Notes under the pieces: model-generated | What the model was told of the DNA's origin: nothing | What the model saw: the letters and a program-made list of their open reading frames with translations, nothing else | The model's database searches: none | From: a virus | Reading direction: 5' to 3' (one strand) | DNA length: 64,000 nucleotides | Virus record (IMG/VR): IMGVR_UViG_3300027752_001458 | Coordinates: 45,676-109,675 of that record | Shown: piece by piece, positions 8,090-18,805 of the stretch | Position numbering within the stretch: the stretch's first letter is position 1 | How the letters are laid out: each line of letters begins with the position of its first letter | Translations under genes and position numbers: made by a program

Positions 8090-10430
8090 AATTATTAGTG
8101 TATCAGCAGTATTATTGTTAGGAGCATGTGCAAGCGGCGGTGGGTCATCCCCTGCTCCAGTGACACCTGTAGTATCTACTTCACAAGCAACTACTACACC
8201 CACAGACCAACGGCATGCGTTTGACACATGGTCTAAAGTGTTCACTACTAATTTGTCAGGCTACAGTGCTAGTGTAACACAAAAGTATGACATGACGGAT
8301 TATACCACAACAGGTTTGCCTGCTCCAACTGAAAAATATAAAATAGCAGACTATGGTTTTTTCCGTTCTACTATTACAGGCAGTCATCCTGGGTTTGACT
8401 ACGAAGACACAACACCTATTTTAAGTTTCATGCAACATGGTCAGATTATCAGAGCTGACTTAAATGGCGATGGATGGCAAGACTTTTACTTGGCGAATTG
8501 GGTCGGCAATGACAGGTCTGAATTTGAACCTGACAGTATGTTGTTTGCATTTTTAAATGATGGTGACGGTAACTTTATATTAAGCAACGATTTGTTTCCA
8601 GAAGGCAACCCTTGTTTTAGGGGCTCCGGTTGTGACAACAATACTGAACACCAAAAAGGTTTAGTGGTTGCAGACTTTAATGGAGACGGCATTGACGACA
8701 TCTATCAAGGCACTACACTTGTGCTCAGCGACAACGGAAAGTTATACGATAAAGGCGACACCCATTTGCCTATGGCAGAGTTGTTTGAGAAGTGTATGCC
8801 TGGTCAATATAACAGTATGTGTTTCCAGCACGATGCTGATGTAGGCGATGCAGACGGTGACGGTGACATAGACATTTTTATTCCTATCTCGTCAGCACAT
8901 GTTGATAACTATCCTATGCCTTGGGCAATGTTAATAAATGACGGCACTGGTAAGTTTACTGCTAATCAAAACTTCCCAACACAGGCGGCAAATGTGTTTG
9001 CTACAGCGGCTACTATAGGCGACTTCGATGGTGACGGACACGGTGATGTTGCTGTTGGGTGGTTTATGACAGCCGAAGCAAAAGCAAATGGCTTTAGCGA
9101 AAACTATGACAATAGTGCAGGCACGGTATTTTGGAATGATGGAAATAATGATTGGAGAAACAGAGCATGGACAGAGCTTCCTGACAACTACTACGGTGCA
9201 AACGGAAATGCAAACGACATAAAAGCATTTGATTTTAACGGAGACGGCTTACTTGATATTATACTTGCGTCTACTAAGCACGAACCATATTACGATGGCA
9301 GGGTTGTACAGTTTTTCTTAAACAACGGTGATGAGACATTTAGTGATGTTACAAGCACAGTTAATCCAGACACAAAATATGTTAACGGTTTGTGCCCAGA
9401 CTCAACTGGTCCTTGCTATTGGAACGGAGACGGCAACTTAGAAATATTAGACTTTGATGCAGACGGTGATTTAGATATCGTCGACACAGTGTTTGGTACT
9501 TATGCGTTAATAAACGAAGACGGCACGTTTACAATATACGATGACTTTCCTACTTTTGACGACAGCACATCTTACTACCCAGTAGAAATAGACAACAAGT
9601 ATTTCTATGACTTTATTGCTTCAACTACGGAATACAGCGACACAGAAAGTATCCAAACATTTTATCAAGTGTTAGATCCGCCTTTTGTAAAAATGATGGA
9701 AGAGATTACTAACAAGCCTAAAGCATACGTTGAAGGTATATTTGAAAGTAAGATGTTGTTTAGCGACTTACGACAGAACCAACGCTCAACCTCATTGTTT
9801 GCTACTGATATGGAAACATACGGTATGGCAGGAGTGACACACAGAACAGACACGTTCGGATTTAATGCAGGTAAACTTACTGGTGATAACAATGGTAGTT
9901 TTGTTGGACTTGACTATGTAAGCAATAACATACACGTTGGCATTAACTATGTTAACAACACTATGTCAATGTATAATCCTACAGAATATTACGGCACAGG
10001 TTCAGCTGATGTTGACTACGACACTGTTAGTGTGTTTGCAGAACAAGTGACTTATTTGACAGACACATGGTATACATCATACGGTGTTGAACTTTACCAC
10101 ACTGAAGTAGATAGCTTTACTGAACAGAACAGTACACACAATGTTACAGTGGATGCATTTAATATGTCTGACGCAAAACTGTTTGCTGATATTACAGGCA
10201 AGTTTAATTCTAAATTAGGCTCAACGTTTGTAAGTTTAGGGTATGAAGTTTATCGTGGACTAGGTAGCAGTACTGTTAACTTTGCTGATGTACTAGAGTA
10301 TGATTCATCGCGTGAACTGGACTTAGGTAAGATTTCGGTATTACACATGTATAACTCTTTTTATGCAAGAGCTTCTATGAATACAGAAGAGTATAACACT
10401 TTTGAAGTTGGTTTTTTAATTAACTGGTAG
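8079..10430 (+). CDS. Lipoprotein with FG-GAP/VCBS repeats and C-terminal autotransporter-like beta-barrel
   Basis: AGGAG then ATG 8079; signal peptide with lipobox LGAC; six DxxGDGxxD-type loops; Tyr/Gly-rich strands ending FEVGFLINW. Confidence 0.7.
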   Translation: MLNKIISVSAVLLLGACASGGGSSPAPVTPVVSTSQATTTPTDQRHAFDTWSKVFTTNLSGYSASVTQKYDMTDYTTTGLPAPTEKYKIADYGFFRSTITGSHPGFDYEDTTPILSFMQHGQIIRADLNGDGWQDFYLANWVGNDRSEFEPDSMLFAFLNDGDGNFILSNDLFPEGNPCFRGSGCDNNTEHQKGLVVADFNGDGIDDIYQGTTLVLSDNGKLYDKGDTHLPMAELFEKCMPGQYNSMCFQHDADVGDADGDGDIDIFIPISSAHVDNYPMPWAMLINDGTGKFTANQNFPTQAANVFATAATIGDFDGDGHGDVAVGWFMTAEAKANGFSENYDNSAGTVFWNDGNNDWRNRAWTELPDNYYGANGNANDIKAFDFNGDGLLDIILASTKHEPYYDGRVVQFFLNNGDETFSDVTSTVNPDTKYVNGLCPDSTGPCYWNGDGNLEILDFDADGDLDIVDTVFGTYALINEDGTFTIYDDFPTFDDSTSYYPVEIDNKYFYDFIASTTEYSDTESIQTFYQVLDPPFVKMMEEITNKPKAYVEGIFESKMLFSDLRQNQRSTSLFATDMETYGMAGVTHRTDTFGFNAGKLTGDNNGSFVGLDYVSNNIHVGINYVNNTMSMYNPTEYYGTGSADVDYDTVSVFAEQVTYLTDTWYTSYGVELYHTEVDSFTEQNSTHNVTVDAFNMSDAKLFADITGKFNSKLGSTFVSLGYEVYRGLGSSTVNFADVLEYDSSRELDLGKISVLHMYNSFYARASMNTEEYNTFEVGFLINW

Positions 10431-10440
10431 GTATTACACT

Positions 10441-10746
10441 TTACTCGGGCGGCATTGATGGAGCATCACCGCCCCAATTAGCTTCACCACCCTCGTTAGA
10501 CCCCCAATCATCTCCATCGTAACTAGCACCTTTGTCGCCACCCTTAATTTTATTATATCTATTAAGTGTTTTGATTAGTGTTTCCCGCTCAGCAGGACTA
10601 AGATGCCATCCCTCAGTATATGAGACAGCCCCTTCGCTAAAAATTGCCAGCTCTGCAACTTGACGAGTGATTAGTTTTTGTTCTTTATCGAGTCTGCCTA
10701 GGTAGCCCGTAATTTCTTCAGGCTCAGCCGATCCTAGGAACCCGTG
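10441..10746 (-). CDS. Start-less -1 frame extension (gp51/gpT-like) of the upstream chaperone gene
   Basis: 101 open codons HGFLGSAEPEEITGYLGRLDKEQKLITRQVAELAIFSEGAVSYTEGWHLSPAERETLIK...PPE*; only in-frame start codon is 4 residues from the end; entered at slippery A AAT TTT TTC. Confidence 0.72.
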   Translation of the reverse strand, partial: HGFLGSAEPEEITGYLGRLDKEQKLITRQVAELAIFSEGAVSYTEGWHLSPAERETLIKTLNRYNKIKGGDKGASYDGDDWGSNEGGEANWGGDAPSMPPE

Positions 10747-11603
10747 AAAAAATTTACAGGATCAAAGTTAATAGGTGCATCGAATTGGTTATCGCACTTT
10801 TCATTTTGACAATCTATATATACTGATTGCTTAACACCTTTAGCATTAATCTCATTAACAAACTCTTCAATTTGTTTACCAGTTACACTGTCTGTATTTT
10901 CCAGAAACTGCCTAATTTGTTTAACGTCACTAACAATGCCGATCTCACCATCTTCATCTGTGTATCGAATTTCTTTCACACTGTCAATTATCATTTCAAA
11001 ATTTAAGTCTGCTAATTTAACAAAACTTGTATTGAATGCTTTTAGACGTTCCATATCATCTGTTAGCTCTGAAATAGCCTGCATACTTCTAGTACTTTGG
11101 AAACTGGCTAAACCAGCTTTAATTGTACTACCATATGTAAACGGCAATGTTACTAACGTAAGACCATTTGAAAGTTCTTTAACATATTCATTTTCAAGTG
11201 ATTCCATAGTTGCTAATGAACTATCAATGCTAACCATAACAGTACTTAACTCTTTACAAGTCGGGCACTCTGCGTTAACTGTGACTTCGTCACCGCCACT
11301 TGCACCTCGAATAGCAATTAAGATTGCATCAACGTCTGCACTAAAAAGTAACTTAGGCTTCTTGATTTCAGGAACACATGACTTAATTAAATTAGAAACA
11401 GCTTCACCATTTAATAATGCATCTGGGTTCTTAAGCATCAGTTCGTCTTTAGTAGTCATTGGATAAATTGCAAACTCACCAGATTCTGGTGTTGCACATA
11501 TATCATCAGTATAAAATTTAGCACTACTAGGAATATCTAAATACATCTTAGGTGCTCTAAAGTAAGCACTTAACGGATTACTTTGATTTTTTTGTTCGCT
11601 CAT
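10734..11603 (-). CDS. Baseplate hub/tail assembly chaperone (T4 gp26-like)
   Basis: NPLSAYFRAPK, PMTTKDE, AIRGAS, CPTC and CxxxxC, ends DPVNFF; divergent from the tape measure gene. Confidence 0.75.
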   Translation of the reverse strand: MSEQKNQSNPLSAYFRAPKMYLDIPSSAKFYTDDICATPESGEFAIYPMTTKDELMLKNPDALLNGEAVSNLIKSCVPEIKKPKLLFSADVDAILIAIRGASGGDEVTVNAECPTCKELSTVMVSIDSSLATMESLENEYVKELSNGLTLVTLPFTYGSTIKAGLASFQSTRSMQAISELTDDMERLKAFNTSFVKLADLNFEMIIDSVKEIRYTDEDGEIGIVSDVKQIRQFLENTDSVTGKQIEEFVNEINAKGVKQSVYIDCQNEKCDNQFDAPINFDPVNFFTGS

Positions 11604-11749
11604 TTTTGCTCCATATAATCCTTTGTGGATTAACTATGTACTTATTTATCTATATTAACAATAGTTTTAATGAATTTATTGAAAACTCCTCATTAAAAGC
11701 AGTTTTAATAATAGTTGATAAATATGATTAGTAACAGAGGATACCCAAA

Positions 11750-14700
11750 TTGGCAGTTTCATTTAACTTAGACGGACAAGCCTTAACATTCCCAGACTGG
11801 GCGAGTGAGGCAACAGCGGAGCAGATGCTAGATATACTGAAAGGTATAGCTAAGTCATCAGGTGCTTCAGAGAAAGATCAAAAGAAAGTTACAGATTCTG
11901 CTAAGAAGACGTTAGATGAACTGAAGAAAGGTAACGCAAATGATGACGTTACAGCAGAAGATCAAAAGAAGCGAGACGAGAAACTACTTAAAGAAAATAA
12001 AAAACTAGGAGACGGCTTTAAGGAACTGGGCAATCAATTAGAGCAATATAAAGTAGACAAAGCATTTGATGCCTCGTTCTTAGGTACATTAAAAGCATCG
12101 TTTGAAAGCGAAGGTGAGAATGTCGGCAGGGCTATAATGACCACCGGCGAACACTTGTATAAAGGTGCGGCATACGTTGGCGGTGCAGTTCAGCAATATG
12201 GTGCAATGCTGGGCAACAGCATATTAGGTGCAGGCGAAAGTTTAAATGACTTAGCTAAGGTAGGTGTTGGCTTTAACGATACCTATTCCGGTATGGCAGA
12301 AACAGCTGGCTTGGGCGTGGCCCAACTAGCAGGACTAACAGGAAGTTTCGGCGGAGCGGCGGCACTAATTTCAGCATCAGCAAAAGTTGTAGCAACACAA
12401 GGCTTTGGCAACTTCACTAAATCAATGAGATTTGCTTCAGATATATCTGAAGAATTAGGCATGAGTTTAGAAGACAGCATGGGTGTGTTCTCAGAATCAT
12501 TAAAGTCACGTCAGATGTTGATGAACGTAGGTAATGCTGACCAAGGCAGAATGAACAAACAAATTCAGAAGTCGACAAAAATGCAGATGGCGTATGCTAC
12601 TGCTATAGGTGTCTCAACAGAAGAGATGTCAGCGTTTGTCGAAAGTTTAACCCGCAACAACGGTCTATTAACATCATCGCTATTGAGATTCGACGATACA
12701 CTACGAGGCGATGTAATTGCTGGTATCGAAGTATTTGCTAGTGGACTAGCAGGTATGGGCGGACAAGCAGGACAAGACATTGCATCAGCATTCCTAGAAG
12801 CAGGTACGGCAGGTGCAATTGGTATGAGCCAAGCGGCAACAGGCTTTGTTACAGCATTGCCAAGTTTAGCAGGCCCAATGAACGAGTTTGCAAATGCAAT
12901 GAAAGACGGCACACTTACCCAAGAACAATCAAAAGATATGGTTAACAGTTTAACCGGTCAACTAGGAAATTTAAGTGCAGGTGAAAAAGATCGTATCTAC
13001 CAAATGGCTAGAATCGGTGATGAGTCTGCAAAAACAATGGCTAATGCTATTGCACAGTTTGAACAAAGCGAAGACAAGTTAAAAGAAGTAAACGAAAAGT
13101 TCGGCACAGCATTCAATATGGACGCAGTGCAAAAAGGTACTAACCAGTTTAATAAGATGATGACAAACATATCAGGTGGCGCCTCGAATGCGTTCTACAG
13201 TTTGTTTGCAGATCCCGAAATAATGAAAGTTATTGAAGACGGGATGGCGGAAATATTTGCCATGTTTGGCATGGGTGTAGATGATCTAGCAGGCTCGGCA
13301 ATGGATGCAGGCGGCATGGTTAAGAGCATGGTCCCTGCTGTTAAGAGCTTTGTTGGATTTATAGTAGACATTGGTAAATCAGTAGCAGGCTTTTTTGCAA
13401 AATTTAAAACAGATGAAGGCTTTGACTTTGGTGCAATGTTTAGCGGCATCATAGGTAAGGCTAAATCGGCATTGTTCACAGCAATATTGACTTTTGTGGG
13501 TATATGGCTAGGTGCAACAGTTGCCACACATTATGCAAAAACTGTATTAGGTCCAGCAATCGGAAAATTTGGCAAAGAACTATTTGCTAAACACAAAGGC
13601 CCAGCAATGGCTATGGCCAAAAATGCCCTTGAATATACCAAAGGCATGTTTGCAAAACATGGACCAGCCGCAATGAACATGGCTAAAAATGCACTTAACT
13701 ACTCCAAAGGTCTGTTTGCAGGTGGAGCCACAACAGGCAAAAATATTCTCAATAATTCTATAGCTTATGCAAAAGACGTATTTAACACTTCTGGTGCAAA
13801 AGGTGTAGCAAGTAAAATGAGCGGTTACGCATCAGCATTTGGTAAAAAAATATTCAGTGGCGGCGACAAAATAGCAAAAACAGTTGCCAGTGCCGCCTCA
13901 TCCTTTATGGGCAAACTTACAAAAGGTGGCGCACCTGATGTTGTAGGCAAAGGCGTGGCAAAAGCTGGTGGCCTAGTGTCTAGTTTAGGTGCAAAAGCAA
14001 AAGCACTTGTGCCAAAAGGATTGAGTGACAAAGTAAGTGGCATGGGCGGTAAAGTATCAGGCATGTTAAAAGGTGCGTCAGACAATGCAGACAAGGCCAC
14101 AATGCCAATGGGCAAAGGCGGCGGCTTCTTACAAACAATAGCAGATGCAGTTAAAAAATTCGGCGATAGCAAAGTTCTTAAAGGAGCGGCGGCTATTGCA
14201 TTGTTGGGAGCTTCAGTTGGTATAGCAGGTGTAGGACTTAAACAATTTAACGATGTTGACTTTGCATCAATAGTTAAAGGCACATTGGCGTTAGGCGGCT
14301 TAGCCGCATTGGCGCAAGTATTAGGTAAAGGTTCTATGGGAATGATACAGGGCGCCGCGGCAATAGTATTGTTAGGAGCCGCAGTTATACCATTAGCATT
14401 CGGTCTTAGTTTAATGAAAGACGTCGGATTTAAAACAATTGGCGTATTGGCGGCAGGACTTCTTACACTAGGTGGTGCGGCGGCAATACTTAGTTTTGCA
14501 TCACCATTTATAATAGCAGGGTCTTTTGCAATCGCGGCATTGGGCGTAGCACTTGGCGTGTTCGGCGTAGGAATGTCACTGGTAACTGGTCCACTAAATG
14601 AGTTTATAACCGGTATGAGTAACCTTGCAGAAGTTAACGGAAAAGGACTAGCATCTGCGGCTGGCGGAGTATTAGCAGTAGGTGCCGCAATGGCGTTATT

Positions 14701-15982
14701 AGCCCCAATGCTTCCGTTCATGCTGATAGGCGCATTAGCGGGCCCGGCTATTGAAAAGATAGCACTAGCCACAATGATGTTTAACTTTACTGATATGAAA
14801 AACTTAGCGTTGGCAGGTCCGGCATTAAAATCATTAGGTGAGGGCATGAGTTCATTGAGTGGCGGCTCATTAATGAGCAGTATCAAAGATGGCATTGGCT
14901 CATTGTTCGGTGCAGATAGTCCTATAGAAAAAATAAAAAACTTTATTGAAGGCTTCAAAGGCATTGACTATTCAGGTTTATTCTTTGCATCTGAAGGCTT
15001 ACTACTATTACAGTCATCTATATTAGGCTTGCCTAAAGCATTAGACTTAGCAATGTCATACATGAATGTGCTGGGCGAGCATTTCCTTACTCTTGCAGAC
15101 AGCTCAAGGTCAATAGGCATATTTGGATCTAGGATTGGTCCTTTTGCACAACACATGGAAACACTTGCGATTTCGTTCATGTTATTAGGCGATAGACCGT
15201 TTAGTGCATTTGATGGTGTAGAAGAACAAGCTAAAGGCATGGATATGTTCGCAACATCAACTGAAAGACTTTCCTCGGCACTAGGTAGTATAGAATTCGA
15301 CTATATAGCGGATGGGTTTCAGGAAATCGCTTACAGTATAGAGGACATGGCGGCTGCCATGTCAGATATTAGCATGGGAGACATGCTAAAAATGGGTGCA
15401 ATGAGACTGCTCGGTCCTAGCAAAGAAGAGATTCAAGAGGACGATAAACAAACAGCAGTTAAACATGTTGCAGGAGAGAAACTCCGCGGCACCTTCGGTT
15501 CAGATGAAGGCCTTCAAGGGCTAATGGACAACATATCCATGTCATCCGGTAAGAACACTTACGCCCCAGGAGAAAGTGCTAAAGAACAAATGTTACTCCG
15601 CCTGCCTGAGATAGGTGCGGCAGGTATTGATCTTGATGTTAAAAAAATGCAAAGTAAGGAACTAGGTGTTGCGGCAACGGAAATGCAACGGGTTACAGGA
15701 CTCTTACAATCACAAATTGACATGTACAGGATGCAAGAAAGCTCAGGTGTTATTGTTGCAAAAGACGTTCCTACTACAGCACAACCAGTCAAAGAAGAAT
15801 TGGTAGCTACACCAGGTAAAATATCGCCTAACTCTCCCACAGCAGATAAGAAAAAATTGGAAGAAGCTATTGGCGGCGACATGACACAATCAGAATTACT
15901 TACAGAGTTAGTTAGGTTAACGCAACTTAATAACAACTTGCTCAAGAAAGGCAACAAAATCACTGCTGAAATAGAAGTTTAA
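11750..15982 (+). CDS. Tape measure protein
   Basis: 1410 aa, Ala/Gly/Met-rich helical, hydrophobic repeats and 22-aa internal repeats; GATAAATA promoter, AGGA RBS, TTG start. Confidence 0.8.
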   Translation: MAVSFNLDGQALTFPDWASEATAEQMLDILKGIAKSSGASEKDQKKVTDSAKKTLDELKKGNANDDVTAEDQKKRDEKLLKENKKLGDGFKELGNQLEQYKVDKAFDASFLGTLKASFESEGENVGRAIMTTGEHLYKGAAYVGGAVQQYGAMLGNSILGAGESLNDLAKVGVGFNDTYSGMAETAGLGVAQLAGLTGSFGGAAALISASAKVVATQGFGNFTKSMRFASDISEELGMSLEDSMGVFSESLKSRQMLMNVGNADQGRMNKQIQKSTKMQMAYATAIGVSTEEMSAFVESLTRNNGLLTSSLLRFDDTLRGDVIAGIEVFASGLAGMGGQAGQDIASAFLEAGTAGAIGMSQAATGFVTALPSLAGPMNEFANAMKDGTLTQEQSKDMVNSLTGQLGNLSAGEKDRIYQMARIGDESAKTMANAIAQFEQSEDKLKEVNEKFGTAFNMDAVQKGTNQFNKMMTNISGGASNAFYSLFADPEIMKVIEDGMAEIFAMFGMGVDDLAGSAMDAGGMVKSMVPAVKSFVGFIVDIGKSVAGFFAKFKTDEGFDFGAMFSGIIGKAKSALFTAILTFVGIWLGATVATHYAKTVLGPAIGKFGKELFAKHKGPAMAMAKNALEYTKGMFAKHGPAAMNMAKNALNYSKGLFAGGATTGKNILNNSIAYAKDVFNTSGAKGVASKMSGYASAFGKKIFSGGDKIAKTVASAASSFMGKLTKGGAPDVVGKGVAKAGGLVSSLGAKAKALVPKGLSDKVSGMGGKVSGMLKGASDNADKATMPMGKGGGFLQTIADAVKKFGDSKVLKGAAAIALLGASVGIAGVGLKQFNDVDFASIVKGTLALGGLAALAQVLGKGSMGMIQGAAAIVLLGAAVIPLAFGLSLMKDVGFKTIGVLAAGLLTLGGAAAILSFASPFIIAGSFAIAALGVALGVFGVGMSLVTGPLNEFITGMSNLAEVNGKGLASAAGGVLAVGAAMALLAPMLPFMLIGALAGPAIEKIALATMMFNFTDMKNLALAGPALKSLGEGMSSLSGGSLMSSIKDGIGSLFGADSPIEKIKNFIEGFKGIDYSGLFFASEGLLLLQSSILGLPKALDLAMSYMNVLGEHFLTLADSSRSIGIFGSRIGPFAQHMETLAISFMLLGDRPFSAFDGVEEQAKGMDMFATSTERLSSALGSIEFDYIADGFQEIAYSIEDMAAAMSDISMGDMLKMGAMRLLGPSKEEIQEDDKQTAVKHVAGEKLRGTFGSDEGLQGLMDNISMSSGKNTYAPGESAKEQMLLRLPEIGAAGIDLDVKKMQSKELGVAATEMQRVTGLLQSQIDMYRMQESSGVIVAKDVPTTAQPVKEELVATPGKISPNSPTADKKKLEEAIGGDMTQSELLTELVRLTQLNNNLLKKGNKITAEIEV

Positions 15983-16052
15983 TAAAAACTTTTCCGTTTT
16001 GCTTGACATTATTCCTATGAAGTGATAAATATACACATATAAAGAGGATTTT

Positions 16053-17738
16053 ATGGCTACTTGGCGAAAATATTTTAACAGTGCAAACGGCGGATTACCT
16101 GTAAACGTTACAGGCAACAACACCGACGGATACAGTGCAACACATTCTAGATACAGCAGTTGGCTCCCAGAAGTCTATGCTGGCAGTCCTAACAGGTTAA
16201 TGAGATACATGCAGTATGACCAAATGGACAATGACTTAGAGATTAATGCGGCGCTAGATATTCTAGCAGAATTTTCTACTCAAGAAGATGACACAACTAA
16301 AACTCCGTTTAGATTTAGATTTACTGAAGACCCTAGTGAAACTGAAATGAAAATTTTAAGTAAAACACTAGACCAGTGGAACAACTTAAATGATTTTAGT
16401 CGTAGAGCTTTTAAAATGGTAAGAAGTACATTAAAGTACGGAGACCAATTTTTAATTAGAGATCCTGAAACATACAAGTTATACTGGACTGATCCAGCAA
16501 ACATTGAAAAAGTTATTGTTAACGAAAGTAAAGGCAAGAAAATTGAAACTTACTTTGTTAAAAACTTAGAAGCAAACTTTGAGCAACTAGCGGCAACATC
16601 TGCGGCGGCACTACACTCCAGACCATATGGCGCTGGCGGCGGAATGTTAGCAGGCGGAAACATTGGCACTAGTGCAGGCGCACGAAACGATACAAGTCAA
16701 GGCGCAAGCCAAGGCATGCCTGTTGATGCAACACATGTTGTACAACTAAGTTTAACAGAAGGCATGGACCACAACTGGCCCTTTGGTATTAGTATTCTAG
16801 AACCTGTATTTAAAGTATTCAAGCAAAAAGAATTGCTGGAAGACAGCATTATTATTTACAGAGTGCATAGAGCACCTGAAAGAAGAGTGTTCTTTATTGA
16901 CGTAGGTAATATGCCTCCGCATAAAGCACAACAGTACTTAGAAAAAGTTAAGTACGAAGTACAGCAAAAGCGTGTGCCCAACAAGAATAAAGATGGACAG
17001 AATGTTGCAGATGCGGCATACAATCCAATGAGCATGTTAGAAGATTATTTCTTTGCTCAAACGGCAGACGGCAGAGGTTCGAAAGTTGACACATTACCAG
17101 GTGGTACAAACTTAGGTGAGATTGACGACTTAAAATACTTCAACAATAAACTGTTAAGAGGACTTAGAGTACCAAGCAGTTATTTGCCTACTGGTCCAGA
17201 TGACGGAACAGCACAGCATAACGATGGTAAAGTGGGTGTAGCATACATTCAAGAACACCAGTTTGCAAAGTACTGTCAGCGTCTACAAAGACAAATTATT
17301 AGAAATTTAGATAGAGAATTTAAGATGTATCTAAATTATAAAGGCATCGAAATTGATAACAGTACGTTCAGTGTAGAATTTACTGACCCTCAGAACTTTA
17401 GTAGTTACAGAGAGTTAGACTTAGATACACAAAGAGCTCAACTGTTTACAGGTTTAGAAGCAGTACCATATTTAAGTCAGCAGTTCAAGTTGAAGAAGTA
17501 CTTAGGTCTTTCTGAAGAAGAAATGAGAGACAACGAGCATTACTGGAAACAAGAGAACAAGTATAACACGTCAGGCGCTGGCACTGAAGATGTTGGTTTA
17601 AGAAACGTAGGTGTTAGACCCGGTCCAAGCATGGACTTGGACATTGATGCACCAATAGATGATATTCCTGATCCAGCATTAGATGCAGAAACACCGGATG
17701 TTGATGTTATGCCACCGGTGACTCCAGGGGAACTATAA
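16053..17738 (+). CDS. gp20: Portal protein
   Basis: IIYRVHRAPERRVFFIDVGNMP, MLEDYFF, LPGG. Confidence 0.95.
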   Translation: MATWRKYFNSANGGLPVNVTGNNTDGYSATHSRYSSWLPEVYAGSPNRLMRYMQYDQMDNDLEINAALDILAEFSTQEDDTTKTPFRFRFTEDPSETEMKILSKTLDQWNNLNDFSRRAFKMVRSTLKYGDQFLIRDPETYKLYWTDPANIEKVIVNESKGKKIETYFVKNLEANFEQLAATSAAALHSRPYGAGGGMLAGGNIGTSAGARNDTSQGASQGMPVDATHVVQLSLTEGMDHNWPFGISILEPVFKVFKQKELLEDSIIIYRVHRAPERRVFFIDVGNMPPHKAQQYLEKVKYEVQQKRVPNKNKDGQNVADAAYNPMSMLEDYFFAQTADGRGSKVDTLPGGTNLGEIDDLKYFNNKLLRGLRVPSSYLPTGPDDGTAQHNDGKVGVAYIQEHQFAKYCQRLQRQIIRNLDREFKMYLNYKGIEIDNSTFSVEFTDPQNFSSYRELDLDTQRAQLFTGLEAVPYLSQQFKLKKYLGLSEEEMRDNEHYWKQENKYNTSGAGTEDVGLRNVGVRPGPSMDLDIDAPIDDIPDPALDAETPDVDVMPPVTPGEL

Positions 17739-17941
17739 TGAAATTAACAGAATTTTATAATCCGGAAGCAGATAGATCAGCAACAAGAGACTTTGACGAT
17801 ACTCGTAAAACTAAACTTACTTTACTATCTCTTAATAAATTAAGAAAGTACAGAGAGTTAAAGAAGAAAGAGAATATCGAACAGGCAGAGTTTGCATCTA
17901 TTATGTATTCCAAAGCACAAGAATCAGACGCGGCCCTATAA
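17738..17941 (+). CDS. Small head-module protein
   Basis: TAATG overlap with the portal stop; basic helical protein. Confidence 0.65.
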   Translation: MKLTEFYNPEADRSATRDFDDTRKTKLTLLSLNKLRKYRELKKKENIEQAEFASIMYSKAQESDAAL

Positions 17942-18805
17942 ATGAAATTAGCTGTTGTAGGCTGTAGCTGGTCTAGCCGAGATGTAGATTATCCTGATGT
18001 GGAATTTGGCAAGTTAGTAGCAGACTATTACGATGCTGAATACATTAACATGGGAAAGCCTGCATGTAGTAACCCAGGTATAGCACTCCAAATAGATTAC
18101 ATCCTCGATGGTCACATGGGCCCACTACCTGACTTAGTATTGATCAATGCTACCACAGTAACCAGAACAGAACTTAAACTAAACAGTAAACGCAGATTTG
18201 ATCCTAAAGCAAGTTGGGATAATGTGCAGTTCAACATGATGTTTGGAGAGAAGCTTAGAGACATACATGCACCTGGGTACGGCAAAGGATACGATCCTAG
18301 TATTGTAATAGACAGTTTCTCTACTATATTTGGTGAGGACATGCAGAAGTCGTTCGGCGAAGCATACTTCCATCCTAGATACGAAGATGCATTTACACCA
18401 AAGTCATATGAAGCAATGAAAAAATGGTTTTTATACTTCTTTGACGCTGACTTAGAAAGATATAAACAGCAAATGATACTGCTTGGTTCCTGCTTAAAAC
18501 TAAAAAAGAAAGGTGTTAAATTTATCTTTTGTCCTAATACATTTGACTGGGCCGAAGACTTATACTTACAAAAAGACAAGCCTAGTACTGAAAATCCAGA
18601 GAAATCAGTGACATGGGAAGTGCTAGAAAATAGCGAACTACTATGGTCAGGCATTGCAGAATCTTTATGGTTAGAAAATGAAATTTACGGCAGTTATGAA
18701 AAGAGTCCAGGCAGTTATATGGACAATCACTTGCCAGTAGAATGCCATATGGACTTTGCTTACAAAGTTATATCACATGTAAATCAGCATGGATTGGCTA
18801 AATAA
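17942..18805 (+). CDS. SGNH/GDSL hydrolase-like protein
   Basis: N-terminal GCSW, GxxxxSN, C-terminal DNH. Confidence 0.55.
   Translation: MKLAVVGCSWSSRDVDYPDVEFGKLVADYYDAEYINMGKPACSNPGIALQIDYILDGHMGPLPDLVLINATTVTRTELKLNSKRRFDPKASWDNVQFNMMFGEKLRDIHAPGYGKGYDPSIVIDSFSTIFGEDMQKSFGEAYFHPRYEDAFTPKSYEAMKKWFLYFFDADLERYKQQMILLGSCLKLKKKGVKFIFCPNTFDWAEDLYLQKDKPSTENPEKSVTWEVLENSELLWSGIAESLWLENEIYGSYEKSPGSYMDNHLPVECHMDFAYKVISHVNQHGLAK

Noticed and set aside
13825-14964. 379-aa antisense ORF (also 26206-26874, 29263-29844 and many shorter ones)
   Set aside because: Shadow frames of Ala/Gly/Thr-rich genes; no RBS or recognisable motifs
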